A stretch of 64,000 nt of DNA from an uncultured Gammaproteobacteria bacterium (lineage in GTDB: Bacteria > Patescibacteriota > Patescibacteriia > S139-126), in NCBI GenBank assembly GCA_964620905.1, contig CAZUKA010000001.1, positions 90,890 through 154,889 on the forward strand, read 5' to 3'. The notes beneath the pieces were generated by a model. The model saw only the letters and a program-made list of their open reading frames with translations. It was not told where the DNA came from and did not search any database. Made by a program: the position numbers and the translations under genes. Shown here piece by piece: positions 27,420 through 37,997 of this stretch. Within the stretch, counting starts at the first letter, position 1; each line of letters starts with the position of its first letter.

Positions 27420-28163
27420 ATGGAAACAGGTTCAGTATTGACAGTCAAGAATATTAGCAAAAATTATAAATCAATTCGCGCCGTAACTGACGTTTCTTTT
27501 GGAATTTCTCAAGGAGAGGTTGTTGGCTTGCTTGGACCGAATGGGGCAGGTAAAACTACTATTATCAATATAATTTTAGGAGTATTGGAAGCAAGTATTG
27601 GGGAGGTAGAAATTTTAGGAAAAAATTTAAGAACTGATCGATCAGTGATGTCGCAAATAAATTTCGCCGCGGTTTATGCTCAATTGCCTGGCAATTTAAC
27701 CGTTTGGCAAAATCTCTACATTTTTGGCTTATTGTATGGAGTCGTTAATTTAGCAGGACGGATAAAAGAACTATTGTCAGATTTAGAACTGGAAAATTTT
27801 GCTCAAACCAAAGTAGGACTTTTATCTTCTGGTGAGCAGACTAGGGTATCTTTAGCTAAAGCTTTGCTCAATCAACCAAAATTACTACTACTTGATGAAC
27901 CAACTGCATCGCTTGACCCTAGTAGTGCCCAGGTGATACGGGCGAAGATAAAAGATTATGTGCAACAGACAAATTCGGCTGTGTTGTGGACTTCACACAA
28001 TATGCACGAAGTGGCAGCAGTTTGTGATCGGGTAATGTTTATTTCGCGTGGGCAAATCTGTTTGGCTGGTAATCCTCGTGAACTACCCGTAGCTTATGGG
28101 AAAAGAGATTTAGAAGATCTTTTTATCGCAGTAGCCAGAGAAAATTTAAAAGTCAAAATATGA
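27420..28163 (+). CDS. ABC transporter ATP-binding protein
   Basis: Walker A 'GPNGAGKTT', signature 'LSSGEQTRVSLAKAL', Walker B 'LLLDEPTASLD'. Confidence 0.85.
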   Translation: METGSVLTVKNISKNYKSIRAVTDVSFGISQGEVVGLLGPNGAGKTTIINIILGVLEASIGEVEILGKNLRTDRSVMSQINFAAVYAQLPGNLTVWQNLYIFGLLYGVVNLAGRIKELLSDLELENFAQTKVGLLSSGEQTRVSLAKALLNQPKLLLLDEPTASLDPSSAQVIRAKIKDYVQQTNSAVLWTSHNMHEVAAVCDRVMFISRGQICLAGNPRELPVAYGKRDLEDLFIAVARENLKVKI

Positions 28164-28966
28164 ATTTCCGGCGAGTTTATGCAATATTTATACGCCAACT
28201 TTTTTTGATCAGGCATAACTTTACCAGACTGGTAAATATTTTTGTTTGGATAACTGTAGATATAATTTTGTGGGGTTTTATTACCCGCTACCTTGATTCA
28301 GTTACAGCTGTTGGATTTAGTTTTGTACCGGTTTTATTGGGAGCGGTAGTTTTGTGGGATTTTTTAATTCGTATTCAACAAGGAGTGATGCTGGCTTTTT
28401 TTGAAGATATGTGGCAGCGGAATTTTTTTAATTTTTTTGCCTCACCTTTGACTATTCCTGAATATGTTACCGGGTTGGTTATAACAAGTATTATTACCAG
28501 TTTTGCAGGATTAGTAGTAATGTTGGGGCTGGCACTGCTTTTATTTGGTTTTAATATTTTTGTTCTGGGTGGTAGTTTAATCTTATTTTTACTTATTTTA
28601 TTTTTATTTGGTTTGACTTTGGGTATATTTGCGGCCGGGGTAGTGTTGCGTTTTGGTCCGGCAGCGGAATGGTTTGTCTGGCCAATTCCATTTATCATTT
28701 CACCATTGGCGGGTGTTTTTTATCCCACCACTGCTCTACCAGATTTTTTGCAAAATTTTGCTAGTTTAGTACCGCCAGCCTATGCTTTCAATGGCTTGCG
28801 TCAGATTTTACAAACCGGACAAATTCCTGGTTTTGAACTTTTGGTTGGTATTGGTTTAGGATTGGTTTACTTGTTTTTTGCTTATTTATTTTTTGTTCGA
28901 ATTTATAAGTATGTTATTCGAAGTGGTTTAATTTCTCGTTTTACAGCAGAAAATACTTCCAACTAA
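28160..28966 (+). CDS. ABC-2 type transporter permease
   Basis: Six TM helices. Translationally coupled (ATGA overlap) to the upstream ATPase. Confidence 0.65.
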   Translation: MNFRRVYAIFIRQLFLIRHNFTRLVNIFVWITVDIILWGFITRYLDSVTAVGFSFVPVLLGAVVLWDFLIRIQQGVMLAFFEDMWQRNFFNFFASPLTIPEYVTGLVITSIITSFAGLVVMLGLALLLFGFNIFVLGGSLILFLLILFLFGLTLGIFAAGVVLRFGPAAEWFVWPIPFIISPLAGVFYPTTALPDFLQNFASLVPPAYAFNGLRQILQTGQIPGFELLVGIGLGLVYLFFAYLFFVRIYKYVIRSGLISRFTAENTSN

Positions 28967-29026
28967 TTTTTTTAAAATTTTTTAAAGAAAAAGGCTTTTT
29001 TAGTATAAAGAATTTAAAAATTAAGA

Positions 29027-29055
29027 TTGACAAACTAGAAACAATTTAATATATT
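29027..29055 (+). promoter_or_regulatory. Candidate sigma70 promoter for the 29114 ORF
   Basis: ttgaca (29027-29032), 17-nt spacer, tatatt (29050-29055). RBS aaggag 8 nt before the ATG at 29114. Confidence 0.4.
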
Positions 29056-29113
29056 TTTATAATCGTTTCCTTAATAATTAATCCTAACAATCAAAAATCA
29101 AGGAGTACTCATA

Positions 29114-29584
29114 ATGAAATCAAAACACTCTGTATCAGTGGAACAAGTATTTTCTCTCCTGCAAGAGAAGACACCGTGTTGTGAAATAAAGAACGAACAA
29201 ATAAAATGTTCGGCCGCTTTTCATAGCCATCGGTACTGTTATGATCTTTTTATAAAAAAACAGCAAAATGATTTTTCTTTAGTTTTCATGGATACCGAAG
29301 AGGTAAAAAGTCCAGTTGATATATTAGTTGAAGCCGGTATATTTTTTACCGAATTAAATATTTCTGAAAAAAATATTATCCAAAGGGCTGGTAGTGTACA
29401 AGTAATAGTACCGAGTACAAAAATTGTTCCAGTTTTAAAAAAATTGAATATTTATTGTCCGCAAGACGACGAAACAATTTTATTGCCGGAGGATTTTACC
29501 GGCCTAAGTAAAAAGCAGATTGACAATAAATGTTTAGAAATTGAAGACCTGGATGATTTTGATGAAAATTACAATATAGTATAA
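29114..29584 (+). CDS. Hypothetical protein (156 aa, Cys/His-rich N-terminus)
   Basis: Good RBS, own promoter and terminator. 'CCEIKNEQIKCSAAFHSHRYCYD' could be a metal-binding motif. No family recognised. Confidence 0.5.
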   Translation: MKSKHSVSVEQVFSLLQEKTPCCEIKNEQIKCSAAFHSHRYCYDLFIKKQQNDFSLVFMDTEEVKSPVDILVEAGIFFTELNISEKNIIQRAGSVQVIVPSTKIVPVLKKLNIYCPQDDETILLPEDFTGLSKKQIDNKCLEIEDLDDFDENYNIV

Positions 29585-29588
29585 AAAT

Positions 29589-29613
29589 AATCCCGCAAAT
29601 TTTGCGGGATTTA
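29589..29613 (+). terminator. Hairpin terminator (tcccgc stem)
   Basis: aatcccgcaaa-t-tttgcgggatt, then ttt. Confidence 0.5.
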
Positions 29614-29677
29614 ATATTGACAAAAAATATCAGTGGTTGTAGATTGAGTTGACTTAGCAATTAACAAAAATATAGGA

Positions 29678-29938
29678 GTGAAAATGTTCTTTAAAAAATT
29701 TATTGCCCAAAACGGCGATACCTACATATTTGTGGGTGCAAGTGTAAAAGCTATTATGCGTGATACAAATTTTGGCACCGGTTTTGCTGGTGAAGAATTT
29801 ATAAAAAGTGAAAGTTTGACTTTTCATCAAGTGATGCATCTCAAGAATCTTAAACACTATCAGTCGGGGATAGAAGCCATAAACAAAGGCACCCCAAGTT
29901 ATCTGATTGCTATTTTAGATCCGGGCGACTCAATTTGA
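29678..29938 (+). CDS. Hypothetical small protein (84-86 aa)
   Basis: RBS 'taggagtg' upstream. Flanked by promoter-like ttgaca (29617) and a strong terminator. No family recognised. Confidence 0.4.
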   Translation: MKMFFKKFIAQNGDTYIFVGASVKAIMRDTNFGTGFAGEEFIKSESLTFHQVMHLKNLKHYQSGIEAINKGTPSYLIAILDPGDSI

Positions 29939-29950
29939 GTCGCTTTTTTT
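29925..29950 (+). terminator. Rho-independent terminator
   Basis: gcgactcaa-t-ttgagtcgc followed by ttttttt. Confidence 0.65.
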
Positions 29951-30026
29951 AATTTTAAAAAAATTTATTATGAGGTGTAGTAAAAATTGACTAAAAATAT
30001 TAAAATAAAGAAAACAAGGTAAATCT

Positions 30027-30935
30027 ATGAAAAAAAACAAATACCAGTGTGAAGTGGTTGATATTATCACCCCCAATAAAATTCTTTTAAACGGTTTGTG
30101 GTTTGGTACCCAGGCGGCTAAATTTGGTTTTATTTATGTTCACGGTCTGGCTAGTAGTGTTTTTTCCAAGATCGATTTGTTGACTTCTTTGGCAGGAAAA
30201 AATTTTTCTGTTCTCGCTATAAATACGCGTGGCCATGATAAAGTGACTAGAGTGCCAAAGCTTGATAAACGTACTAATAAAGGTTATCGTAGTCTTCGTG
30301 CCGGGGGAGCACATGAAGTTTTTACTGAATGTAAAGATGACCTAGCTGGAGCAGTTGAGTTTATGTTGGCAAGAAAAATAAGAAACATTTATTTGATCGG
30401 ACATTCGACTGGTTGCCAAAAATCAGTATATTATTTAGCGGTAGGTAAGCATAGAGAAAAAGTAAAAGGAGCAATTTTACTTTGTCCGATGAGTGATTAT
30501 GCAGCGGCGGTTAAATTTTTTGGACAAGAGAAATTGAAAAAAATTGCTAGTCTTGCTAAACAAATGGTCCACCGTGGTCAAAAACATCATCTTATACCGC
30601 TTGATTTGTGGCCAAGCTATGATGATGCCCAACGATTTTTAAGTTTGTATACCGCCCATAGCCATGAGGAAATATTTTCTTATGTAACTGCTCACAAAAA
30701 TCCAAAATTTTTAATTGGCGTCAAAAAGCCATTATTGGTGGTGTTGGCTAGTGAAGATGAATATCAAGATCGACCAACCGAACAAATAGCCGATTGGTTT
30801 AAAAAATATTTGTCTAGCACTAGTAGTCGTGTTGTTATTTTGACCAATGCCAAACATTCGTTGTCTGGTTATGAAGTAACAACCGTGAAACTGATCAGAA
30901 GCTGGCTAAATAATTTTAAAAACAAAAAATATTAG
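30027..30935 (+). CDS. Alpha/beta-fold hydrolase
   Basis: Nucleophile elbow 'LIGHSTGCQ' (G-x-S-x-G). 'FIYVHGLASS' oxyanion region. Confidence 0.65.
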   Translation: MKKNKYQCEVVDIITPNKILLNGLWFGTQAAKFGFIYVHGLASSVFSKIDLLTSLAGKNFSVLAINTRGHDKVTRVPKLDKRTNKGYRSLRAGGAHEVFTECKDDLAGAVEFMLARKIRNIYLIGHSTGCQKSVYYLAVGKHREKVKGAILLCPMSDYAAAVKFFGQEKLKKIASLAKQMVHRGQKHHLIPLDLWPSYDDAQRFLSLYTAHSHEEIFSYVTAHKNPKFLIGVKKPLLVVLASEDEYQDRPTEQIADWFKKYLSSTSSRVVILTNAKHSLSGYEVTTVKLIRSWLNNFKNKKY

Positions 30936-31035
30936 ACCAAGTTTTGACCCTAGCTAAGCATTTGCCAGAAAAAAATGTTTTAGCTAAATTTGTCAATTGA
31001 TCTTTTTTGAAAATTAAGCTAAATTTAGTTTAAAT

Positions 31036-32652
31036 ATGGCCAACGAAACCAATAAAAAAGTTTACACTTTGTTTTTACCACTTTTGGAGTTAATTCGGGT
31101 TTTTGAAAAAACTGCCCAAATTGAATTACCTCCCGAAGATTCGCGTCTTAGACTGAATCGCGTGGTTTCTAAGATCTCATTTTTTTATGAAAAGTTGAGA
31201 AACGCAGTTGATTATGCAGACGATCATTTACTTCGCGAACGGGCAATTTTGCGTAATCTTAAACGCACTCTGACCTTACCCAATCGCAAAGGAAATTTGA
31301 TAGCTAAACCTTTGGTTTATGACTTGATTCGTGCTGGTTATTTGCCCAATGATCAGTTACCCGAAGCAATTGTTGGAGAAACTGAAAAGTTGATTGATCG
31401 TTTTATATTATTGAATGATTATATTGGCAGTTATAAAGAAAAACAGGAAAAGGTAGTTTTATTTGATTTTTTACTGCCACTACTAGCGATTGAAATTGAC
31501 GATTTATTGGTACCCAAAGATCGCGATAATGCCTTGGTTGAATGTATGTATCAAGTGGTAAAAAAAGATGTAGTAGTAACTGATACCCGATTTAGTGAGA
31601 CGGATAAAAAAATTCAATTATACGTATCAATCTTACTTTCTTTAATGAAACATGATGAAGCCAGAGTCAGTTTTTATTTATTGCTTCTGTATATACCACA
31701 CTGGAGTCAAGCCACTGATAAGGAAGTATTGTTGATAGCCCAAAATATTGGTGATATTCATACCAAAATTAAGCGTCAAATAGAAAATCCGTTGCGCAAT
31801 TTGTATATTCGAATTTTACGCAAATACAATGTTTTATTTTTAATTATTCGGGATATAATCCAAGAATATCCATTGCAAGCTTTGGAAATTTGGAAACAGC
31901 CATCGTTACTTGAAGAGCGGATTAGGCAAGCAGCCAAACGAAGATATAAGATTTCTCGAACCAAACTGACTCGTAGTATTATTCGCAGTATTATTTATTT
32001 GTTTATAACCAAAATGATTTTGGCGGTTTTGTTGGAATTTCCGCTTGATTTAATGTTGGAAACAACTATCAATTATACTACGGTAATTATCAATGTTTTA
32101 TTTCCGCCAATGCTGATGTTTATAATTGGTCTTTTCATTCGAGTACCGGGTATAAAAAATACTGATAAAATTGTCCAAGGTATCAAAGAAATATCTTATC
32201 AGTTTGAGGAGCGTAATGTGATTAGGAAAATAAAAAAACCCATTAAACGAAGCGTACTTATGACCAGAGCTTTTCGTTTTGTCTATGCAATAATTTTTAT
32301 TTTTACATTTAGTTTGATTGTCTATGGCTTAGATTATCTAGGATTCAATATCGCCAGTATGGTTATCTTTTTATTTTTCCTTAGCGTAGTATCATTTTTT
32401 TCAATCCGTATTTCACAGTCAGCCCGGGAATTGCATATTGTAGAAAAAAAAGAAAACATTTTTACTTTTATCAAAGATTTTTTATCATTACCAATTTTGG
32501 AATCAGGCCGATGGTTGTCAGCTAAATTAAATAAGATTAATTTTTTTGTAGTATTTTTTGATTTTATTATTGAAGCACCATTTAAAGTAATAGTGGAAGC
32601 AATCGAAGAGTGGACCGGCTATGTCCGAGAGAAAAAAGAGGATATTTATTAA
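31036..32652 (+). CDS. Hypothetical protein: ~310-aa soluble N-terminal domain plus 4-5 C-terminal TM helices
   Basis: Long ORF with coding-like composition. No recognisable motif (no Walker A or HExxH). Confidence 0.5.
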   Translation: MANETNKKVYTLFLPLLELIRVFEKTAQIELPPEDSRLRLNRVVSKISFFYEKLRNAVDYADDHLLRERAILRNLKRTLTLPNRKGNLIAKPLVYDLIRAGYLPNDQLPEAIVGETEKLIDRFILLNDYIGSYKEKQEKVVLFDFLLPLLAIEIDDLLVPKDRDNALVECMYQVVKKDVVVTDTRFSETDKKIQLYVSILLSLMKHDEARVSFYLLLLYIPHWSQATDKEVLLIAQNIGDIHTKIKRQIENPLRNLYIRILRKYNVLFLIIRDIIQEYPLQALEIWKQPSLLEERIRQAAKRRYKISRTKLTRSIIRSIIYLFITKMILAVLLEFPLDLMLETTINYTTVIINVLFPPMLMFIIGLFIRVPGIKNTDKIVQGIKEISYQFEERNVIRKIKKPIKRSVLMTRAFRFVYAIIFIFTFSLIVYGLDYLGFNIASMVIFLFFLSVVSFFSIRISQSARELHIVEKKENIFTFIKDFLSLPILESGRWLSAKLNKINFFVVFFDFIIEAPFKVIVEAIEEWTGYVREKKEDIY

Positions 32653-32686
32653 AAATTGATGTTTTTATAAAATTGTCTAATAACGG

Positions 32687-32715
32687 TTGACAAAATCCGT
32701 TTTTTTTGCTATACT
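32687..32715 (+). promoter_or_regulatory. Candidate sigma70 promoter for the CAP-domain gene
   Basis: ttgaca (32687-32692), 17-nt spacer, tatact (32710-32715). Confidence 0.5.
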
Positions 32716-32755
32716 TATTAGTTAATAAAATATTTGCTATAATATAATTAGCATT

Positions 32756-34123
32756 ATGAACAAACAAACAAAGAAAAAACCGGAGAAAAAGAAAGGTCAA
32801 TGGTGGAAACTTTTGGTGGTTTTATGCGGTTTAGGATTTTTGTTTTTTCCCCGCCGACAGCAAATAAAAAAGAATTTGGTTGAACAAAAAAATAGATTTG
32901 CGTTGATTTTAAATGAAGAGTGTAAATATATACCTGAAAAAATAGAAAATTTTAGAAAACGTTGGTTTATTTTTTGGCGAGATTTTTTTATTCCCAACCA
33001 AAACAATAATCATCAACCTCACGGTTTATCAACCCGCTATTTGAAAGCTTATGCGGTAGTTTTAGTTTTAATAAAAGTGATTACGGTAGGATTTTTATTT
33101 TTTACCTATCCAACACCGGCAATTTTATCGCAAAAGATAGCACAGGAAATTTTTGATTTAACCAACCAGTCCCGACAAGCAGAAAATATAAACATTTTAA
33201 ATTGGAACGAGGAGTTAACTCGTGCTGCCCAAGTTAAAGCAGATGATATGGTAACCAATGGCTATTTTGCCCATATCAGTCCTGATGGCAAGCAACCTTG
33301 GGAATGGATAGATAAAGGTGATTATTATTTTCTTTATATGGGTGAAAATCTAGCTATGGATTTTTCTTCCGCTCGAATTGCCCACAGTGCTTTTCAACAA
33401 TCTCCAACTCATTGGAAAAATATTATGAATGCTAAATATCAAGATATGGGCGTAGGAGTGGCGGTAGGCACAATTAATAATCGGGAAACAATCGTGCTAG
33501 TGGAATTTTTTGGTGCGCAAAAACAAGCTCCGACAGTTGTTCCTGTAGCTCAAGCTGCTGAAACAAAACAAGTAGCAGCGGCATCAACACCGATTGAAGT
33601 AAATATGCCAACGGATGAATCAGCTGTCATTCCCGTTGAACCAACAACTGAGAAGCAAGTAGCAAAACCTATTCCTTCGACCGAGCAAATTACTGATCAG
33701 CCAGCCGCAACGCCACCGACCGTAGTCGAATCAGTGGTAAATGAAGATATTAATATCAAAACTGATGAAAGTTTACCTGATAGTTTACCTGCTGAAGTTA
33801 TTGCGCCTCAACCACAAGAATTAACCCCCGAAATAAATGTGCCCGCAGAAGTAAATATTGCTGATCAACCAATAGTTATCACCAGCACCAGTCAAGAAAT
33901 GTCTAAAAGTTTAGTTGATTATGTAATTATATTTACCCGCTATGCTTTGCTTGCATTTTTACTAGCCTTTATAATTATGTTACTTATCAATGTTTTGGTC
34001 AGACCACATATACAGCATGGTCATATGATTGTTCAAAGTTTGGGTTTAATTGCTTTGACTTCAACTTTACTTCTTACTAAGTTTCATTTTGTGGAAGAAA
34101 TATTGGTAGTAATGATTTTTTGA
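32756..34123 (+). CDS. CAP/SCP (cysteine-rich secretory protein-like, YkwD-type) domain protein with a Pro/Thr/Glu-rich linker and C-terminal TM anchor
   Basis: 'YFAHISPDGKQPWEW...GENLAMDF...HWKNIMNAKYQDMGVGVAVG' matches the CAP domain. Confidence 0.7.
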   Translation: MNKQTKKKPEKKKGQWWKLLVVLCGLGFLFFPRRQQIKKNLVEQKNRFALILNEECKYIPEKIENFRKRWFIFWRDFFIPNQNNNHQPHGLSTRYLKAYAVVLVLIKVITVGFLFFTYPTPAILSQKIAQEIFDLTNQSRQAENINILNWNEELTRAAQVKADDMVTNGYFAHISPDGKQPWEWIDKGDYYFLYMGENLAMDFSSARIAHSAFQQSPTHWKNIMNAKYQDMGVGVAVGTINNRETIVLVEFFGAQKQAPTVVPVAQAAETKQVAAASTPIEVNMPTDESAVIPVEPTTEKQVAKPIPSTEQITDQPAATPPTVVESVVNEDINIKTDESLPDSLPAEVIAPQPQELTPEINVPAEVNIADQPIVITSTSQEMSKSLVDYVIIFTRYALLAFLLAFIIMLLINVLVRPHIQHGHMIVQSLGLIALTSTLLLTKFHFVEEILVVMIF

Positions 34124-34146
34124 GCTCAAAAAGTAATTATTTTTTA

Positions 34147-34179
34147 GTCCGAAGGGCAATCCCTTCGGACTTTGCTTTT
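34147..34179 (+). terminator. Rho-independent terminator
   Basis: gtccgaaggg-caat-cccttcggac, then tttgctttt. Confidence 0.7.
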
Positions 34180-34228
34180 ATGGCTGTTTTGTGTTAAAAT
34201 TTTTATGAATTATTATTTTTAAAATAGT

Positions 34229-35227
34229 ATGGTTGAACAAAAAAACATTATCGTTACCGGTGGTGCCGGGTTTATCGGTTCTCACCTCTGTGATGAATTG
34301 GTAAAAAAAGGACACCAGGTTATTTGTCTAGATAATTTTATTAGTGGTAGTAGAAGTAATATTGAATTTTTATTACAACAACCAAATTTTAGATTTATCA
34401 ATCATGACATTACCACCCCGATTGATTTGGCTAATTTGCCAGAATTGAAAAATTTTTATTTGGAAGCCAAGGGTATTCACGAAATTTATCATTTGGCTTG
34501 TCCGATTTCTTATAAAGACTATCGTGATTTACCTTTGGAAACAATTATTACCAACTCTCACGGCACTAGAAACATGCTAGAAATAGCCGTAAAATTTCAA
34601 GCAAAGTTTTTTTTAGCTTCAACCTCTTCCATCTATGGTGAGCCATTAAAAAATATCAGGTATTTTAAGGAAGATTATTGGGGTTATGTAAATCCCATTG
34701 GTCCAAGAAGCGCTTACAATGAAGGTAAACGTTTTGCTGAAAGTTTGACTTTCAATTATGCCCAACATCATCATATAAAAATAAAAATCGCCAGAATTTT
34801 TCAGACATATGGTCCGCGAATGAGATTCAATGATGCTCGGTTGATTCCTGATATAATTAGATCTGCTTTACAAGATGAGGAATTAGTAATCTTTGGCGAT
34901 GAGGGAGTTAGTACTTCATTTTTATATATTTCCGATTTGATAGATGGAATTTTGAAAACGATGGAGACAGAGGAAAATTTAGTTGTAAATTTTGGTCATC
35001 CTAAAGAAGTCAAAGTTGAAGAGGCTGCCCGAATAATCAAAGAGTTAACTGATTCTAAATCAGAAATTGTTTATCGAGAAGCACCACTTTATATTATGAA
35101 ACACGGGCTACCAGATATTACCAAAGCCAAAGAAACTTTGGGTTGGTTCCCTTTGGTTGATTTGCGTAACGGTCTGACTAAAACGATTGAATATATGAAA
35201 GCCCAAAAAAATTTAGTGGAAATTTAA
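34229..35227 (+). CDS. NAD-dependent sugar-nucleotide epimerase/dehydratase (UDP-glucuronate decarboxylase/UXS-like)
   Basis: 'IIVTGGAGFIGSHLCDELVKKGHQVICLDNFISGS', 'FINHDITTPI', YxxxK present. Confidence 0.75.
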   Translation: MVEQKNIIVTGGAGFIGSHLCDELVKKGHQVICLDNFISGSRSNIEFLLQQPNFRFINHDITTPIDLANLPELKNFYLEAKGIHEIYHLACPISYKDYRDLPLETIITNSHGTRNMLEIAVKFQAKFFLASTSSIYGEPLKNIRYFKEDYWGYVNPIGPRSAYNEGKRFAESLTFNYAQHHHIKIKIARIFQTYGPRMRFNDARLIPDIIRSALQDEELVIFGDEGVSTSFLYISDLIDGILKTMETEENLVVNFGHPKEVKVEEAARIIKELTDSKSEIVYREAPLYIMKHGLPDITKAKETLGWFPLVDLRNGLTKTIEYMKAQKNLVEI

Positions 35228-35245
35228 TTATTTACAAATTTTTTT

Positions 35246-36403
35246 ATGGAAAGAAATATATTTACTTCAGAATCTGTTACGGAAGGTCACCCTGATAAAG
35301 TTTGTGATCAAATTTCTGACGCGATTTTGGATGAGTTATTGCGTCATGATTCTCAGGCTCGGGCCGGAATAGAGTGTTTAGTCACCACTGGTTTAGTGGT
35401 GGTAGCAGGGGAGATTAATACTAAAACTTATGTGGATATAGCTAATATAGCTCGTCGGACAGTAAAAGAAATTGGCTATGAAAATCACAGTATGGGCTTT
35501 CATGGAGATGATTGCGGGGTACTAGTTGCTATTGATGAGCAATCACCTGATATTGCTCAAGGAGTTGATAAAAATCGCGGCAAGTATAAAGTTCAAGGGG
35601 CAGGTGATCAAGGCTTAATGTTTGGTTATGCCTGCCAAGAGACGCCAGAATATATGCCGTTGCCAATTATGTTAGCCCATCGGATGGCTAAAAGACTGGC
35701 TGAAGTTAGAAAGAAGAAAATATTGCCTTATTTGGGGCCAGACGGCAAAGTTGAAGTGGCAGTTGAGTATTTAGATGATCGTCCTTATCGACTTGATACG
35801 GTGGTAATAGCGGCGCAGCATTTGCCCGAGGCAAAGTCCAATGTAATTTATCATGATTTGATTGATAAAGTCGTAAAGTTTGTCGGGAAAAAATATATCG
35901 ATTCTCAAACAAGGTTTTATATAAATGCTACTGGTAAGTTTGTTAAAGGTGGCCCGCCAGCAGATGCTGGACTGACAGGAAGAAAAATAATTGTTGATAC
36001 TTACGGTGGCTATGCACCGCACGGCGGAGGTGCATTTTCTGGCAAAGATCCATCTAAGGTAGATCGTAGTGCGGCTTATATGGCTCGTTATATTGCAAAA
36101 AATATTGTTGCCGCCAATTTAGCTACCAAATGTTTAATTCAATTGGCTTATGTTATTGGTGTGGCTGAACCGGTTTCTATTTTGGTAAATACTGAAGGAA
36201 CTGGAAAAGTTTCTGATCGTAAGTTAGAACAAATGGTGCGGAAGATTTTCCCTTTGACACCGGCTGGTATTATTAAACATTTAAATTTATTACGTCCAAT
36301 TTATAGACAAACTGCAGCTTATGGTCATTTTGGTCGCGAAGAGAAAGACTTTACTTGGGAAAAAACAGATCAGGTGGGAAAAATAAAAAAATATTTTTTT
36401 TAG
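35246..36403 (+). CDS. metK: S-adenosylmethionine synthetase
   Basis: '[25 protein letters not shown]', '[12 protein letters not shown]', '[19 protein letters not shown]'. Confidence 0.95.
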   Translation: MERNIFTSESVTEGHPDKVCDQISDAILDELLRHDSQARAGIECLVTTGLVVVAGEINTKTYVDIANIARRTVKEIGYENHSMGFHGDDCGVLVAIDEQSPDIAQGVDKNRGKYKVQGAGDQGLMFGYACQETPEYMPLPIMLAHRMAKRLAEVRKKKILPYLGPDGKVEVAVEYLDDRPYRLDTVVIAAQHLPEAKSNVIYHDLIDKVVKFVGKKYIDSQTRFYINATGKFVKGGPPADAGLTGRKIIVDTYGGYAPHGGGAFSGKDPSKVDRSAAYMARYIAKNIVAANLATKCLIQLAYVIGVAEPVSILVNTEGTGKVSDRKLEQMVRKIFPLTPAGIIKHLNLLRPIYRQTAAYGHFGREEKDFTWEKTDQVGKIKKYFF

Positions 36404-36406
36404 TTT

Positions 36407-37333
36407 ATGAAAGTATTGGTCACCGGTGGAGCCGGTTTTATTGGTTCTCATTTGGTTGATAGTTTACTCGCGTCAGGTCATGAGGTGGCAGTAGTTGATG
36501 ATTTATCAAGCGGACACAAAGAATATTTACCAACTGGAATATCTTTTTGGCAGCAAAGTATTGACCAATCTGAGCCGCTGACAAAAATTTTTAGTACTTA
36601 CCAACCCGAGATCATTTTTCATTTAGCTGCTCAGAAAGATGTCAGGTTGTCGATAAAAAATCCCAGTATTGATGCTCGTATCAATATTCTGGGGACTTTA
36701 AATTTACTGGAATTGTCTTTGGTAAATAATGTTAAAAAATTTATTTTTGCTTCTAGTGGGGGAGCAATTTATGATGCAGAAGATAGATTACCACTGACGG
36801 AATTAGCACGAGCTAAACCCCTGTCTCCTTATGGGTTGACTAAATATGTTGTTGATAAATATTTAGAGATTTTTTTTCAACTAAAGAATTTAAATTATAC
36901 CAGTTTGCGTTTAGCTAATGTCTATGGTCCGCGTCAGGATCCTTTTGGTGAGGCGGGGGTAGTGGCAATTTTTTTTAAACAATTAATAAAAGGTGAAAAA
37001 GTTTTTTTGAATGGCGGTGGTTTGCAAACTCGTGATTTTGTCTATGTTAAGGATGTGGCCGAAGCGTTTAATCAAGCAGCACAAGTTGATAAATGTGGTA
37101 TTTTCAATATTGGTACTAGTAAAGAAACTAGTATTGTCGATCTTTTTCAATTGCAAAAAAAAGTTTGTCAAAAAAATATTGAAGCAATAAAAAAGTCGGC
37201 TATTGCTGGCGAAGTTGTTCGTAATGCATTAGATTATACTCAGGCTAAAAAATATTTGAATTGGAAGCCTAAATATGATCTACTAGCTGGACTAGAGGAA
37301 ACTTATACCTGGTTTAGAAATAAAATTTTATGA
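36407..37333 (+). CDS. NAD-dependent epimerase (UDP-glucose 4-epimerase GalE-like)
   Basis: 'VLVTGGAGFIGSHLVD', 'SPYGLTKYVVDKY' (YxxxK). Confidence 0.75.
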   Translation: MKVLVTGGAGFIGSHLVDSLLASGHEVAVVDDLSSGHKEYLPTGISFWQQSIDQSEPLTKIFSTYQPEIIFHLAAQKDVRLSIKNPSIDARINILGTLNLLELSLVNNVKKFIFASSGGAIYDAEDRLPLTELARAKPLSPYGLTKYVVDKYLEIFFQLKNLNYTSLRLANVYGPRQDPFGEAGVVAIFFKQLIKGEKVFLNGGGLQTRDFVYVKDVAEAFNQAAQVDKCGIFNIGTSKETSIVDLFQLQKKVCQKNIEAIKKSAIAGEVVRNALDYTQAKKYLNWKPKYDLLAGLEETYTWFRNKIL

Positions 37334-37995
37334 AAATTTTTATTGTTATTCCGGCTTACAATGAAGTTAATAGCATAAAAAAGGTTTTACTTGATTTAAA
37401 AACTTTCAATTATCATAATATTGTAGTTGTAGATGATGGCTCAGACGATGGTACAGCAGAAATGGCTGAGTCTCAAGGGGTGGTGGTATTGCGTCATATT
37501 ATTAACCGCGGTATGGGTGCGGCTTTACAAACCGGGAATGATTATGCTCTTAGTCAGGCGGCAGATATTATAGTTCATTTTGATGCTGACGGACAGATGC
37601 AAGCCAAAGATATTGAAAAGTTGGTCCAGCCAATTATAACTGGTAAAGCTGATATTACTCTGGGTAGCCGTTTTTTGGTAACGAATTCTGATATGCCCTG
37701 GAGTAAAAAAAGATTGGTTTTACCCTTGTCTAAATTGGTAAATTATTTTTTTACTAAGCTCTGGTTGACCGACGCCCACAATGGCTTTCGTTCCCAGTCA
37801 CGTTTGGCAGCTGAAAAAATAAAAATTAGTCACGATCGTATGGCTCACAATACCGAGATTGTGGAAAAAATAAAAAAATATAAATTGAATTATCTGGAAG
37901 TGCCGGTGGAGATAAAATATTTTGAATACGGTCAAGGGGTGAAAGGTGGATTTAAAATTTTAAAAGATTTATTGTTGGGAAAATTAATTAGATAA
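37330..37995 (+). CDS. Glycosyltransferase family 2 (polyprenol-phosphate sugar synthase-like)
   Basis: 'IVIPAYNEVNSI...VVVDDGSDDGT...FDADGQ'. Confidence 0.7.
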   Translation: MKIFIVIPAYNEVNSIKKVLLDLKTFNYHNIVVVDDGSDDGTAEMAESQGVVVLRHIINRGMGAALQTGNDYALSQAADIIVHFDADGQMQAKDIEKLVQPIITGKADITLGSRFLVTNSDMPWSKKRLVLPLSKLVNYFFTKLWLTDAHNGFRSQSRLAAEKIKISHDRMAHNTEIVEKIKKYKLNYLEVPVEIKYFEYGQGVKGGFKILKDLLLGKLIR

Positions 37996-37997
37996 CT

